DNA from: Microbotryum violaceum
Taxonomy: Eukaryota
Length of the DNA stretch: 64,000 nt
NCBI GenBank assembly: GCA_001244265.2
Contig: CDLV01000008.1
Span: 1,054,001 to 1,118,000, forward strand
Reading direction: 5' to 3'
Shown here: in pieces, positions 1 to 13,557 of the stretch
How positions within the stretch are numbered: position 1 is the stretch's first letter
How the letters are laid out: every line of letters starts with the position of its first letter
The notes under the pieces: generated by a model
What the model was told of the DNA's origin: nothing
What the model saw: only the letters and a program-made list of their open reading frames with translations
Database searches by the model: none
Translations under genes and position numbers: made by a program

Positions 1-1121
1 CTGTGGACGACTCTGACATCCCGGAGCGGTGATGCTCCGAAATACGCACGAATTACACACTACCGCCCGAACATCACCACTGCATAGCGAAGACAGGCAG
101 AGCTGAAAGCGCTAGGCTCGACCCCGGGACATCAAACCATCTCGTCTTGTTCTTGGGATTAGGCAGTTGAGTTGATGGGATGATGATCCTCAGTGCAATC
201 CAACTTCTTGCACCATCGCCGTTCGAGGTTGGACTCGAAGCCGACTGATTATTGCAAAAGGCAACATTGGTGTCGTTGACCCATGATTCGAAATTAGCCG
301 CGGGCGTGATGTCCCGACATTCGTACGCTTCTCAGAGCTAGCTTCCTCCCGAGAAACGTCGCATGGTCGTTCAACTACCAGGCAGTCAAATTTATTGCGT
401 GCATCAAGGCGAATCTACGAATCGCCTGTTGCTGTTAATTTCCGAACTCGTGCCCAGACTTTACTAGACCCGCGACTTCTAGTGCCTCCTGTCTTGCGTT
501 TTCGGGCTAGTCAGACGCCTGGAATGAGACTGTCAGTTGCGTGTGAAACCTGACACCGAGGACTTCCTCTCTCTCCTGTGGCAATGTCGTCATCATCGGC
601 CGAGTCACCATTGAAAAGACCCACTACAATGTTGCCGGCGCGTGTCGATCCCGCTCGAACCCGCGCTTAAGCTAGATTTAAGTCATACATTCCAGCTTGC
701 CGCTCAGCGCTCAGTCTCCGTCCCCGGATTGCTACCCCTGTCGTGAGCGGAGGCCCCGACAATATGGGGTAATGTATTGCGCCGCCGCGTGATTCTAGCG
801 AATGTTTCCTGGACTTGTTCTTCCCTCACCCTCTTTCGTGCCTGAGTCGTCTTCTACCCCGAATCTCCCGCCCACTCCATATCAACGTCTGAATTCGATC
901 GGTAGGTGGGCAAAGGGGGAACCTTGGGGTCTCTGTTCGTCGATGCCCGAACGGCCGGACGCTCGCTCATCGATCGACCGAAGAGTTTCGCGCCAGGCTC
1001 GGCTTTGCTGAATGAAGCTTGAAGTACGTGTCCGCCAATTGGTGAGGCACGTCCCTACTCCCGAGTCGAACCTTGTTGTCGTTCTTTCAAGCTCTGATGA
1101 CTTGATGGTCCTACCATCATC

Positions 1122-3141
1122 ATGGACATGACCTCATCACGCCCGATCAGCTGCCCCGACCACGTCTCAAGGCATACAGTTGCCTCCACCGCTGCCGCCA
1201 GTACCTCTCGGACCGGTTGGCAGATGCCGTCTCCTAGTTCCTCCGACGGCAGGAACCGCTCGCATCTATCCAAAACACTCCCAAGATGCATCTCCCGCAC
1301 CAGAAACCATAGCAACAGCTTTGACGAGCTGTACGCCATCGGACTAGCGTTGAATGACGACGAAGACGGAATTGCCTACGTTCCCGACGGACCGAGATCC
1401 TCGACGAATTTGGCAACGTTTTGCTCATCGAGCGAAGGCAAGACGGCGTCCGTGAACATCCATGGCAGAGCATTCGGACCGTTGTCGCAGCTTGAAGTGA
1501 GTATTTCTTCTCGTCACCATTCCATGTACCACGCTCAACACTTGACATACGAGGGAGACCATGTGACGAGGATCAGCACTACCGCGAATGCTTGCGTCGA
1601 AGACTTTGCACCGACGATCGACTCGCCGATCAGCCCTAGGACCCTCCTCCCACCTTTATTCGACGACAAGGAAGAAACCACCGTCTCTTCGGGTTCAGGT
1701 GGCACCTTGTTCGGGTCTTGGAACGGTTTCGACGCCGATGTTCTTGCACCTACTGGAGTTGCTCCTCGTGTGACGCTGCCCGTGTCCGCAGCGCCGCCGA
1801 TCTTTGACTATGACGACGATCGTCATCGAAATGAGACCGGGCGAGCCGGGGCTCGCTTGCCTTCATGTGAGATCAATGGGCTTATAACGTAAGTCTACGA
1901 ATGAAGGAGCCCTATACGGACTGAAGGGTACGAGCTGAGCCCGATATCGCCCTGCTCGTGTGGCTCGTGTGTCCTCAGTGTGGAACGTCCGAGCCTGCCT
2001 CCTATCTCGATGGCTACCGATTTAGCTCCTGGCGCACCACTCCTCCTCAGCTCTTCACCACGACATACTCCATCACCTACCGAAGTATTTACATCCCCTT
2101 CATGTAGCCACATTACCCGCTTATCCCGCGATCGAGCCAATTCGACGATCTCAGCTGTCACTTCGCTCGAATCGGCACTTCCTTCAGGAGCGCGCAGCAA
2201 GGCCTCTGTTGCTATGCGTAGGTCTTCGACTACGCCTCTCACGTCGAAGCAGAGCGATTCAGACGAATTGAAGAAGACACCCAGAGGTGCTTTCTCGAAC
2301 GCTTTACTCGATTCGTTCCACCACCTCGACCGTCGAGGCTCGCTGCCCCGCGTCTCCGCATCAACTCCTCCCGAAGCCTCGACCCTTGGATCCAGCTTGG
2401 AAGCAGATACTTCGCTCGATCCTACGCAACGAGGCCGTTCCAACTCAGTCATCAGTCTCGCAAATCTCTCCACCGTCTTCGACTACGTCGGCCGATCCCT
2501 CACCCGTTCGCTCTCCCCCAAAGCTCATCATCCTTCGACGACCCGGGAACGCCACCGCCCTTCAACCCGTCAAAGAACCTGGAGTTTCTCCGGTGCCGCC
2601 TCTTCAATCCTCGGTGGTTCCTCCAGTACGATGGCTCCCACGCATTATCGTTGGGAAGATGTCGTTTCGCTGAGAGCGAGATTTTGTACGTCCTCCGATT
2701 CTACGAGTGGACTTAACTCGTTCATGTTGGGTTTGCACGATATGGAACACGGTGGGAAGGCAAGGAGTTGGGATCCGCGAGGGGCTTGCCCAGCCGAGTC
2801 GGTCCGTACGAGCCCTTCGAGTTCGTCTTTCTCCAACATCGAGCAAAACGGGAACCCTGATCTGACCTTCACGGATCGCTGGCCGAGGGCCGAGACAACA
2901 TGGGGTGAACCGGCCCGAGTGGTCGTGGGCTACGTCGGGGGCTCGCAAAGCGTGTTCTCGCCTCGCGAGTTGACACCACCTCAAGTGAGCAATCACCTTC
3001 TCCTCACACGGCCGAAGTGCATTCTCTCAATTTGACACTCAATTTGAAAACGTTCTTCATCCTTCGTATCAGATCGTCGACAAGATCCTCAACCCTCCTT
3101 CCGTAACTTTCCCCATGAGCACCCCTCGCTCCAAGATCTGA
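1122..3141 (+). CDS. Ser/Pro-rich hypothetical protein, 3 exons (1122-1888, 1979-2984, 3073-3141)
   Basis: ORFs 1122..1892 and 1980..3035 join in frame through a GTAAGT..GCTGAG..CAG intron (1889-1978). A second phase-0 intron GTGAGC..CAG (2985-3072) leads to TGA at 3139-3141. No recognisable domain. Confidence 0.6.
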
Positions 3142-3354
3142 ACGTGCGTTCTTCGCGCACATCATAAGGAAGTTTCTCAATACTTCCTCGACATATCAAT
3201 CATTCTCTGTGTTGTACCGTGCACATGTGTGTAGTTGTAAATATGCCCCTTCTACTCTGTGGTAATATATGTCTTGAATGTACATAAAACGAGCAGTACC
3301 GACGGCGCGTGTTGAGGTTGCAAAAGTTCATTGCAAGTGATCCAGATCAGAGAG

Positions 3355-5207
3355 CTATGCTATTGCCCCGCCGTATGTTTCGTTCAACAACCGGTACAGC
3401 AATGAGCTCGGATGACCCCCCCTGCAAGGACGAACAAAACAACGCATTAGCTCCGTGTATCCCATATCTGCATCAAAGGTCGGACCGAGCCCACGAGAAG
3501 ACGTACAAGTTGGTGATATAGAGGCTGACCAATTCCGCCGGTACGACATCATAATAAGGGTTCAACACCTCCGTCTCATCGCCGGCATCCTCGCCTCCCA
3601 CAGTCGAAGTCGGCATCTTCTTCTTCGCGTCCGACGCATCCAACACTTCTTGCGGGGACCCCAGATCCCGAATCCCCCAATCGGCTTCCCCCAGGTAAAC
3701 GGGGGAGAATTTGAACATCCCACCAACAATCACGACGGGGACCCTCATTCTGTTGGCGGCAAGGGCTAGGGGGAGACTTCCGGCGATGGAGAGGAGGGCT
3801 CCATCGGCTAGGACGAGATGAGGTCCCAAAAGCACTTTGGAGCATCGTGGGAGGAGGGCGAAGATGTTGGAGTCGGGAATGAGGATCGTCGGGATACCAT
3901 GTTGCGATAAGGCGAGAGCGGTCTGACGACCTGAGTACGAGGGGGCCGTTTCAGCGACGAGGACGGTGAATTTGCGTTTGCGGGAAGCGGCTTTGAGGAA
4001 CGACAGGACCGTTTGCGAGTGCCCAAGCGTCAAGATCGTTTCGCCCGAATGGATGTGGTCGATCGATTGTTCGCCTACGGATCGATAGGTGAACTCAACC
4101 TCGTCCATAAGTTCTTGGATCGCTTCGATAAAGACGGGTTTGAGGCTAAAGCTCTTTTTGGAAAAGTCGTCCTCGAGCGCGATCTGGACATGGGGGAGGG
4201 GCTGGGTCGCGAGTGAGGGAGCTCGAAGGGAAAGGAAGGGGCGTTGGAGGATGACCGAAGCTGAGGGGGAGGTCGTAGGCGACGCATTCTTGGACGAGGT
4301 AGGTGTCGACAGAGCCGAGAGAGGTTGAGAGGCGGCGAATGCCGAGGTCGTGGCCAATCCGGGGCTGGCGAGACCTGCCGAACCCCAAGCCGACGTCGAA
4401 GGGGATGCAGGCTTGTGACCTAGAAGATCAAACATGCTTCCGAGCATCGAGCCTTGTCGTCCACCGCGCGAAGCTCCAGACAGGTCACGTTCGTTGAAGA
4501 AGGAAACGTTGGCGCTCGACTCGGGACCCAAGGCGGGTGTAGGTGGGATCGACATGGGAGTGGCGGGGCTGGAGGAAGAGGTCGCATCGGCGAGGAAGTT
4601 GGACAGTGCGGTGGCGTACTCTTCTGAGATGAGCATGATGATGCGCCGTGTCATGTTGGTGATGACGAGTTCTGCGTGGGAAGGGGACGAGATTCGCACA
4701 GACGAAGGGTAGCGCCGGTCAGCACGAAGCCATGTCACCGGACCATGCAGGTATGGCGCAAAAGACCGGCGTAGGTTCGAGGTGTGCAACACTGTTCAAG
4801 TGCTACGACCTGGACGTGTCCACGACCCAGGCCTGTGCCTCCGGCCCCTATCGTGTCGGCTCTGCGATGCGTCGAGTCAAAGAGCACGAGAACCAGAGTC
4901 CCGAGCGGCGAGCGGCTCACCTTTGGGCCCCGCATCCTGGAGCATACGGCCGATTTCATTGAGATGTTGCACGAGTTGAGGGAAGGTCGAGAACTTGGCT
5001 GCGGAAACGACTTCGCGCAAGAGTCGTACGACCTCGAGCGCGACTTGGCGAGAACCGATCAGTTGTCTGCGAGTGACGAGGAGGGCCTTAGTATGCTGGC
5101 TGCTTGAGCGTTGGACGAGCATTGCAATCTGACCTGCGTCGTAGTCGGAGTGCGAGCGCATCCATCTTGCGCCACACGTTGACCCGACTGACGGATTCGG
5201 TCGTCAT
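3355..5207 (-). CDS. GCD7: Translation initiation factor eIF2B beta subunit (spliced)
   Basis: Start MTTESVSRVNVWRKMDALALRLRRR, then exon RQLIGSRQVALEVVRLLREVVS. IF-2B domain motifs HIHSGETILTLGHSQTVLSFL, VAETAPSYSG and NPYYDVVPAELVSLYITN. Last exon GGHPSSLLYRLLNETYG. Confidence 0.9.
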
Positions 5208-6277
5208 GGGCTGCCGAGAGGAACGGGTAGCAGTCAGTTCGGCACCATCGCACGATAACCGTCCAAGAGGGGTCAGTTCTCACAAAGGCCATGGGACCCA
5301 ACTTGAAACAGCTCAACTGAGAGGAGCCGGTCCGGGTGAAGAAGGAGGGGGTGGAGCGCAAGCGGATACGAGTGCTACAGCGGACGGGGTGCGCTTTGAA
5401 CAGCTTTGAGCAGCTATAGTGAGCAGCTCTGCGCCTCTCTGCGCGCTTCGGAGCCTGGGAGGACAGGGGAGGACCGAGCTCAAAATTGGCCGGCCAGCGA
5501 GTTCGCCAGCGACGGCTCGGTGCAGGCAGGTGCAGGCTGGACAGCGGAGGACAGCGGCCTATTTATTACGGCCGCTGTCAGCGGAGGAATCCCCGCGCGG
5601 GGAATCGGCGGTCAACTCGACGGTGCATTGGTGCACGACGACTTGCCTCCTCCTTCCCCAAACCACTTCGGCCGGCAGTCCCCTCCGCCGGTGGGAACAG
5701 CGACTGTAGCCCCTCCTCCACTCTGGTACGACAGGAAAGCGATTCGCTTTCACTCGCGGCTCGGACCACGTTCGGTGACTGGCCTGGCGATCTCGACCTC
5801 GTGCTCGAACCCTGGCAGTTGGCCTGGCAGTTGGGGCTCGTTCGCTCGGCGAGGCCAAGTGTACAAACTCACGGCGCGAGCCGCATATATCACATACAGC
5901 AGAGGTTGCAACAGACGGGTATGTTGATTGCGACAGAATCACTTCAAAAGCTGCGCACCTGAACTGAACTGGTCGTCTTTCCGTCGTCCAGCCTTGCGAA
6001 CCCTGACGTGTTCGTGTTCCGCGACCCAGCGAGCGGGGCAGATTACGTCCATTTCCCCGAGTGGTCAGAGCTCGTACTAGTCCAAAAATTTTCAAGAACG
6101 AAATCGGATCGAATTGTACTGTGAAGCTCCGCCAAGCAGGACCACCCTGCAAGGTTGAACGTGCCTTCGTTTGGCGACCTTGCTGCGACTGAATCCCATC
6201 TCTCGGACCGCCTCACATCGGACAACACGGCCAAAATCATATTCTGATTCAATCCCCGGTCTTTCAAGGAGAAGACG

Positions 6278-9141
6278 ATGGTCCCGCGGCCAGCGCCATG
6301 GGTCCAAGGTCGCAAGTTTGGGATCGTCATCGATGCCGGCTCGTCTGGATCCCGAGTCCAGGTCTACAGTTGGATCGACCCGACCATCGCCAAGCAACAG
6401 CGTAAAGCCGAGAGAAAGACGCTCGAGGTGCTCAACAGGGTTGACAAGGGGGTTGAAAGTGGAGACGGGTGGCATATTAAGGTCGAACCAGGTACGTGCT
6501 GGTCGATTCTAAGCAGCAACTTTTGGCTAGGCGCTGACTCGACTTCAAACCCACCCACACATCGGCAATAGGCATCTCTACCTTTGGGGAAACGCCAGGT
6601 CAAGTCGGTGACTATCTCAAACCTCTGATTGAGTTCGCCAAGACACTCGTCCCGGCAAGCCAACTCGATTCGACGCCGATCTACCTCCTCGCCACCGCGG
6701 GCATGCGATTGCTGCCTCGCGACCAGCAACGCGCCGTGCTCTACTCGACATGCACCTATCTTCAAACATATCCTTTCAAGATTGACGACTGCGACCAACA
6801 GGTTCGGATCATCACAGGAGAGGAGGAAGGTTTGTACGGATGGGTCGCCGTCAATTATCTCATGGACGGTTTCGACACCCATGATCACGCGGCGAAGTTG
6901 GGCCACAAACACTCTTCAACGTACGGCTTCCTCGACATGGGTGGTGCATCGACCCAAATCGCTTTCGAGCCGGCCGAAAAGGAACAAATCGCCCATCGCG
7001 ATAATCTGCTCGACGTCAATCTCATGCTCCTCAGTGGCCGGACAGTGTCCCATCCCGTCTTCGTCACGACATGGCTCGGCTTCGGAACGAATCAAGCGAG
7101 AAACAGATACATCGATGCTACGATCAAGAGTCACATTCGGATAGCGGACAAGAACGACGAACCTCATCCGAGCAAAGCTCTCGACGCCGAAGGGTTGGGG
7201 TCGGAGCGGCCTATCGTCGTTGTCGAGGACCCATGCTTGCCCAAAAACCTCTTGCTTCGGGAAACACGGCATTCTGGCTATACGCTCAAAGGGACGGGTG
7301 ATTTCGCGGCTTGTGTGCGGCAGACGGGCCCTTTGTTGAACAAGGAGGTCGAATGCCTCGACCAGCCGTGCCTCTTCAACGGCGTGCACGTGCCACCGAT
7401 CGATTTCTCGGTCAATCACTTTATCGGCATCTCGGAATATTTCTACTCGACACATGACGTGTGGGCATTCGGAGGGGTGTACGACTACGTCGAGTTTGAG
7501 AAGAACGCGATCGATTACTGCGCGCGGGAGTGGGATGAGATCATGGCCGACCACAAATCGGGCAAGAAGTGGAAGCAAGGGGTGCAGTTGACGCGGTTGG
7601 AGACGCAGTGCTTCAAGGCCGCTTGGGTCGTCAACATCCTTCATGAAGGGATCGGGATACCGCGGATCATCGATCAAGGTGGTGAGGGGGATGGCAAGAA
7701 CATGACGGACAAGGTCATCAGCAAGACCATCGACAAGGGGCTCGCATCCCAGCCTTCGTTCCAAAGTCTCAACGCCGTCGGCGATGTCGCCGTCAGCTGG
7801 ACATTAGGCAAGATGGTGCTCGAAGTCGCGCGCGGATCGACTCAAGCACCGACGATCAACCCTAAACGACCTTACTCCCTCGACTGGGCCAAACCGCGGA
7901 TACCGTCGTGGGCTAATGGGGACGTCAGGTCGACGCTGGCGAGGATCAAGGAGGACCCTCTCCCTCTCGTCGGGGCCTCGCTCATCTTGTTCGCATTGTG
8001 GTTCGTGCTCTGTTCGAAGTGCGGTGTTCGCAAGCGTGTGCCTCCCGTCGGGGGATTTTTTTCGTCGAAGCGAAGAAACGGCTTCAATGCCGTGCCAAGC
8101 GACGATCCTGGCTTCAACAGTGGAGACTCTGGGAGCGGCTCGAGTCGGTCACCACCGCGCGGATCTCAATCGCGACGCACAAAATCCAACTCGTTCGGCC
8201 AAAAAACGTGGTTCCCTTTCCGCTACCCGCTTTTGCGAGCTTCCTCCGCAGTACAATCGCTGTTTCGCTTATCTCGGAACGGTACAGGGTCGTTGCTCCC
8301 GACTTCGCGCAGCGGCAATGGGAATGGAAACGGCAACGTTCACGAGATGCGACCTCGTCCTCCTCGGTCCAACAAGCCGGCGCCCTTCATGCGAGCCGGC
8401 ACGGCGTCGAATGGCACTCCGCAAACCCAGGCGGGCTGGAACGACGTCCCCGAGCGCAAAAACTCGACCCCCGTTGGCGCCTCCTCGCACGCTCTCTTGC
8501 CCCCCCTGGTTCGATCAGGATCAGGAAGCGTCCTAACGTCGCGTCAGCTGTCGGCCTCGCCACCCCCTTTGACAATCGTCATCCCCGCTTCTCCACTTGC
8601 GACCCCGGCACCGGAAACACCGCCGAACGGGGCGTTTCCCAATTCGCGACCGACGACACCTTCTTCGCATCGTACCAACAACGGTCTGTCCAAGCTCACG
8701 GCGCGCTCCAACACTTACACTCGCGAACGAGGCACCTCGGACGATTTCTCCACTCTCGTCGGCAATGGCGTCCTGACGCCTTCGGCCATTTCTCCATCGC
8801 GCAACCGGTACTTTGCGATCTCTGATAACCCTTACGGAGCGACTTCGACGCCTCCCTGCGGAGCAGCTCTGGTATCTTCAACGCCTTCGAACCAATCGAT
8901 GGGACCGAGCAATTTGGCGAACGCGGTATGGGAATCGCTCGGCAGTGGTAGGATACCGTCTTCGAGTACAGCAGAAGAAGTCCCCGGCACGAACAACTAC
9001 GTCGGTGCAGGAGCTAGCAGTTGGAACGCTTTTGTTGGCGGAGGTATGGCTAAGTTGAGGGCGAGCAAGAGTCAGAATGGGAGTCAGGTCAACCTGAATG
9101 CGTTGGCGAGTAATTCGAACGCTCAAGGGACTGGTCGATGA
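6278..9141 (+). CDS. YND1: GDA1/CD39-family apyrase (NTPDase), Ynd1-type with C-terminal TM and long cytosolic tail; intron ~6492-6571
   Basis: All five apyrase conserved regions are present: DAGSSGSR, ATAGMRLL, ITGEEEGLYGW, DMGGASTQ, SWTLG. A hydrophobic segment LVGASLILFALWFVLC precedes a Ser/Pro-rich tail. Confidence 0.9.
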
Positions 9142-9927
9142 TCGCCTCTTCATACACGGACGGTTTTTTTCTGTTTATACCCCTTTTATCGCGCTCCTTC
9201 TTGGGGTCTTATGTATGGTTGTACAACAATGTTTTCTAGTGGCAATACAAACACATCCGCAGCCAAGTCTTTTTTTTTGTTGTTCCCCGCACCTTCCTGA
9301 TCGAGATTCAGTGAATCAATCACCCACGCGTTGAACTCGTCGGCCTCTACGCGTCGAGACGCGTCGCCGCAGACCGTAATGGGCCCTCCCGAGTCGCGGC
9401 TGCTCGGGAAGAACCCTCTCTCGCTCGGGAGCTCGGTGCGACCTTTCTTCCTGTCCCGTACCGCGTCCAACATCAACGACTAGTCTCTACGCATACAGCG
9501 AACAACCCTCGTCTCACGCTAAGCCTTCGCCGAGGATTGGGAACACTTCCGAACGCGGGATTTTAGGAGGTCCTCTCGCCTTCGCTTGAAGCCAAGCCCG
9601 AGCGTGTGCGCACGTCCGCAGCTAGCCCCAGAACACGCATACTAGGCCAATCGTGTATCAGTCGCCGCTTCCACGTCTTCTATCGAGCCCGACTCGGCAG
9701 AAAGGGCTGGCTCTTCGGTCGATTCTCTTTCGTGGAACATTGCCCGGACTCCGCTAAGGTACGTACTCGGGGCCGTGATCTTTGGCGACTCGGCGGGTGC
9801 GCAGCCCGCACGCGCCCGTTGCGCAGATCACGTGGTGGGCTATGGCTAACGACCTCCTCGGATGTGCCGAGATGCTGACACTTGCCTTGACTCGACCCTG
9901 CTAGGTATCACCACACACCACCAAAGG

Positions 9928-12340
9928 ATGACGTCCTACTTTTCGAGGCTAGCGCCGGATCTTTCAAGGTCCAAGCCGAGCATCAACCTTGCGATCCCTG
10001 GCTCAACGTCATCGTCCTCGTCGAGCTCAGCATCAAGAAGCCCTCTCCCCTCCCCCTCCCGACTCCTCTTCGGTCGTCAAGCAACAAGCACAATCCCCAT
10101 CGACCCCTCCGATACAGAAGAGAACCGTGATCTCGAAGACAACAAGATCAAATGCTCCGATTGTCATGCTTTCATGGACGTGACTCAATTGGGCGAACAT
10201 ATCTGTAGCGAATCCCCTCCGTCGACCGGAACGACGATGCCTAGCCACAGTACGGCGGAGGTAGTCTTACCTTTTTCAGTCTCAAGGCTGGCGAATGGAT
10301 TGAAAAGACAGGTGCCGGATGGGTTGCGGATTGATGTGACGGCTACGAAACCGTTGGAATCGGTTGGAGCTTCGACAGGTGGAACGACGGCGACGCATGT
10401 GCCTCTCGGTCCGAAAGGCGCGGTCGTGCAGTCAGGGTCTCAAAGTGGTCCGTCGCTTTTGGACCGGCATCATACTGATAGTTTTCCACTTGGACTGATT
10501 ACGTCGGTCTGTCGCCTCCTTTACTATCTCTTTTACAGGCTACCTGAGCGCGGAAGTGAACAAATCGAACTTTGATGCCTCGCAACCCGCAACCCCGAAC
10601 TACCTCCCTCGCTCGCCATCAACAACGTCGGTCTCGTCGAGCTCGTCAAACAAGCTCCCCTTTTTCGAAAAGTACCAGCGACTCAACACCCCAACCGCAT
10701 CATCGTCGCCCACGACAACAGGGTTGTCGCGCAGCCCCAACTCGGATGACCTCGCTGCCCGAGCCAACTCCCGTCGGCCTGTGTGTCCGACGACGAGTGC
10801 CCATTTGCCGACCCCGGAGGCTACGGGAGGAATGTACAGCCTTCCGAATAATGGCTCGTCTCGGTCACTCGCATCTGCTGGAGCACTCAGTGTCGGTTTG
10901 GGCAGCGGTCGCGCTTCCGCGACCCGTGACCCTTCTCCCCAACCCTCGGTCCGCAGTCTTCAGTCGAATGAATCGCGCTCCTCCGACGCTCGTCCGAGAC
11001 GAGAGAAGTCAAATATCACTGCGGCATCGTTGGTCTTGTCGAGTAGCCCACCTCGTTCGATGCGTATCGTCGTGGACGAACGCCGCATTGTGCCGGCCGA
11101 AGAATTGCCATCACCCGACCACGACGATTTCTTCTCGGCCTACGACGATCATCGTCGTGCGACGCTCAAAGCCTCTCATTCGACTCCGAATGATCTCGCT
11201 TACTACGGTCAAACTAATCCAGCTCATGCGCCGAAACCAAAACCGACGCCTTTGAAGCAGTCGTCCCTTCAGAGTCGAGCGACGCCCGAACTCGATTCCT
11301 CCGCGCAGTCGACCCCTGCGATCTCCATTGGGATGACGCGCAGTAAGGGCTCGAGCCAATCTCTCGATGACTGTCTGGAGGATCTGCGCCTGATGACCGA
11401 GTCGGACGACGAGGAAGAATACGATCCCATCTCGAGCGAGTACTACGATCGACGATTGACCTGTTCGGGACCTTTCGACGAAGACATTGAGCTGGAGCGA
11501 ACCCCGAAAGTCTCTACGGCGTTAACACAGTCGCGTTCGACACCGGCTTTGAGCTCATCGGCGGCATTGGCATCGATTGTGGGATCTGGATCGTCGTCGA
11601 CAAGAGCCCCTCACTCGAGTTCTAGTCGCAACGGAAGCGGAGCCAGCATTTCAGCATACAAACCAACGTCGTACCTGCCGCGCGGCTTCTCCTCAACAAC
11701 GGCAGTTAAGAGCTGCACAACATGTCGACGCGATCTTTCCCACGATCTCAAAAACATTCAAAAAGCCGGTGACGGTCAAGTCTTTTGTCGGAGTTGCTAC
11801 GCCGAGCGGTTCCTACCCAAGTGCCGAAAATGCTGTCGAGCGATCGAAGGTGGTGCCGTCACTTCGAGCGATGGCAAAGTCCTTGGTAAATATCACAAAG
11901 ACTGCTTCACTTGCTTCACTTGCTCGGTACCTTTCCCCGATGGTGATTTCTACGTCTACGACCACAAGCCGTACTGCCAGATGCACTACCACAAACTGAA
12001 CGGCTCGTTGTGCGCGAACGTGCGCTGCAGACAACCGATCGAAGGTCCGTGCGTCTCGCTCGTCGGCGTCGAGAACGGTGGCGGAGGACGCTACCACGTC
12101 GATCACTTTGTATGTTCGCATCAGACGTGTGGGATAGCTTTACTCGAACACCACTTTGTCGTCTCAGGTCTTCCTTTTTGCGAGCGACATGCCGAGGCGC
12201 TTCCCCCCCGACTACCGATGGCGCCGACGGTTGGGTTTTCGAGGTCGAATCCTCTCGCTGGCAGCAATGGTCGCTCGAACTCACCCCCTGCATCGACAAC
12301 GCGAGCCAAGAAGCGTCAAACCATCATCACTCGTCGTTAG
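9928..12340 (+). CDS. LIM-domain protein, paxillin-like (Pxl1-type); intron ~10448-10538
   Basis: C-terminal tandem LIM zinc fingers (CRKCCRAIEG..YHKDCFTCFTC..PYCQMHY; CANVRCRQPIEG..YHVDHFVC..PFCERH). N-terminal CxxC..HxC knuckle and a low-complexity middle region. Confidence 0.8.
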
Positions 12341-12551
12341 ATCGGGATGTACCGTGTTCCTAGGAGCTTCGGCGCAGATTTTTTCTTTCGCAAACTCGCC
12401 ATGTCGACGTCACCGAAACTGCGCACGTACCCGCCCGCCAGCTGCTAGCGCAAGATCGTCGATGTTTGCCCTGACCCTCCCCGCCTCGGCATCCCCATTA
12501 TCGCCCCGCACGTATTGCCGTACCCCGAGTTCTCACTTCCCCATCTCCCGA

Positions 12552-12612
12552 CTTTCTCACGCAAACATTTCTCACGCAAACATTTCTCACGCCAGCTTTT
12601 CACACGCCAGCA
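12552..12612 (+). repeat. 15-bp tandem repeat (TTTCTCACGCAAACA, ~4 degenerate copies) downstream of the LIM gene
   Basis: Directly visible in the sequence. Confidence 0.7.
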
Positions 12613-13030
12613 TCTCATATTATCCGCGTTCAGGACTCGTCTGCATTTTCATCTCGTAACCTTTTGCATACCAATCCTTTTTGATGTCTGCGTAGGCAGA
12701 CGTAGTCATGTGCGCTACCCAACTTCGCTTCACTCGCTTCGCCTATTCGCGCTCCCTCGATTTCTCTCGATGCTCCTTTTTCATAGCGGCCCTGATTGCC
12801 AGTTCTAGCTTGATTTTTGCCCTTCTGCACCTCTTCTTCTCCGTATCGGTCTTGCCCTCTCTCTCCAGCGGTGCATAGCCCTGTCTTCTTGTGTAAGAAT
12901 CCAGCCGAAGGTTTCGTTGTCAAAAATTGAGGGTCCCCAGCCTGGAAATATTATTGAGCGCCTGGACATGAGGGATTGCAACACCGCGTTCAGTTGCAAC
13001 TTTTGAGCTCGGACCTACACAGGTGCAGTG

Positions 13031-13296
13031 TGTTGCAACAAGGACTAAGAGGTACTCCACGACTCAGCTCCGAGATACACGAATGAGATGATGAGAATAG
13101 CGTGGCTTTGCGTAACTAACCTAAGAGGTACTCCACGACTCAGCTCCGAGATACACGAGTGAGATGATGAGAATAGCATGGAGAAGGAACCCAGAAGGAA
13201 AAAAGACACAAAAGACAAAGATAGGCGCGCGCGCAGAATAAAGTATTAACCAAGACTAATAGCAATGAGTTAGGCTCTCAGACCCCACTTCTAACA
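13031..13296 (-). mobile_element. Solo LTR (266 bp) with internal 57-bp direct repeat and predicted intron
   Basis: Minus strand reads TGTTAG...CAACA. Flanks CAGTG/CAGTT form a 5-bp TSD with 1 mismatch. Repeat copies at 13045-13101 and 13121-13177. Sense orientation is inferred. Confidence 0.75.
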
Positions 13297-13356
13297 CAGT
13301 TCACCGAACTCGCCGCGTTAAAATTCTGGGGCGGTACCGGTGCTGGGGGGTGCGCT

Positions 13357-13503
13357 TGCGCTAACTCGCGCGCGCCAAATTGAGTTGGCGCAATTGAGTT
13401 AGCGCACTTGAGTTGGCGCAGTCGAGCGCCCTAGCGCACTTGAGTTAGCGCACCGCGCGCGCTTGAGTTGGCGCACTTGAGTAAGCGCACTGAGTCGGCG
13501 CAA
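13357..13503. repeat. Array of ~7 copies of a ~14-bp motif (TTGAGTTRGCGCAC) plus one inverted copy; probable transposon subterminal repeats
   Basis: Copies near 13381, 13395, 13409, 13441, 13464, 13478 and 13491, with inverted TGCGCTAACTC at 13357. The array lies just upstream of a transposase relic. Confidence 0.75.
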
Positions 13504-13557
13504 TCAGGCGCGCCGCGTGCCCCCTTGTCTTCATGCTGCAACGTGCCATATCCTACG

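Noticed and set aside
13380-13503. CRISPR-like repeat array
   Set aside because: Units are ~14 bp and mostly adjacent, without unique spacers. The context is eukaryotic and there are no cas genes.
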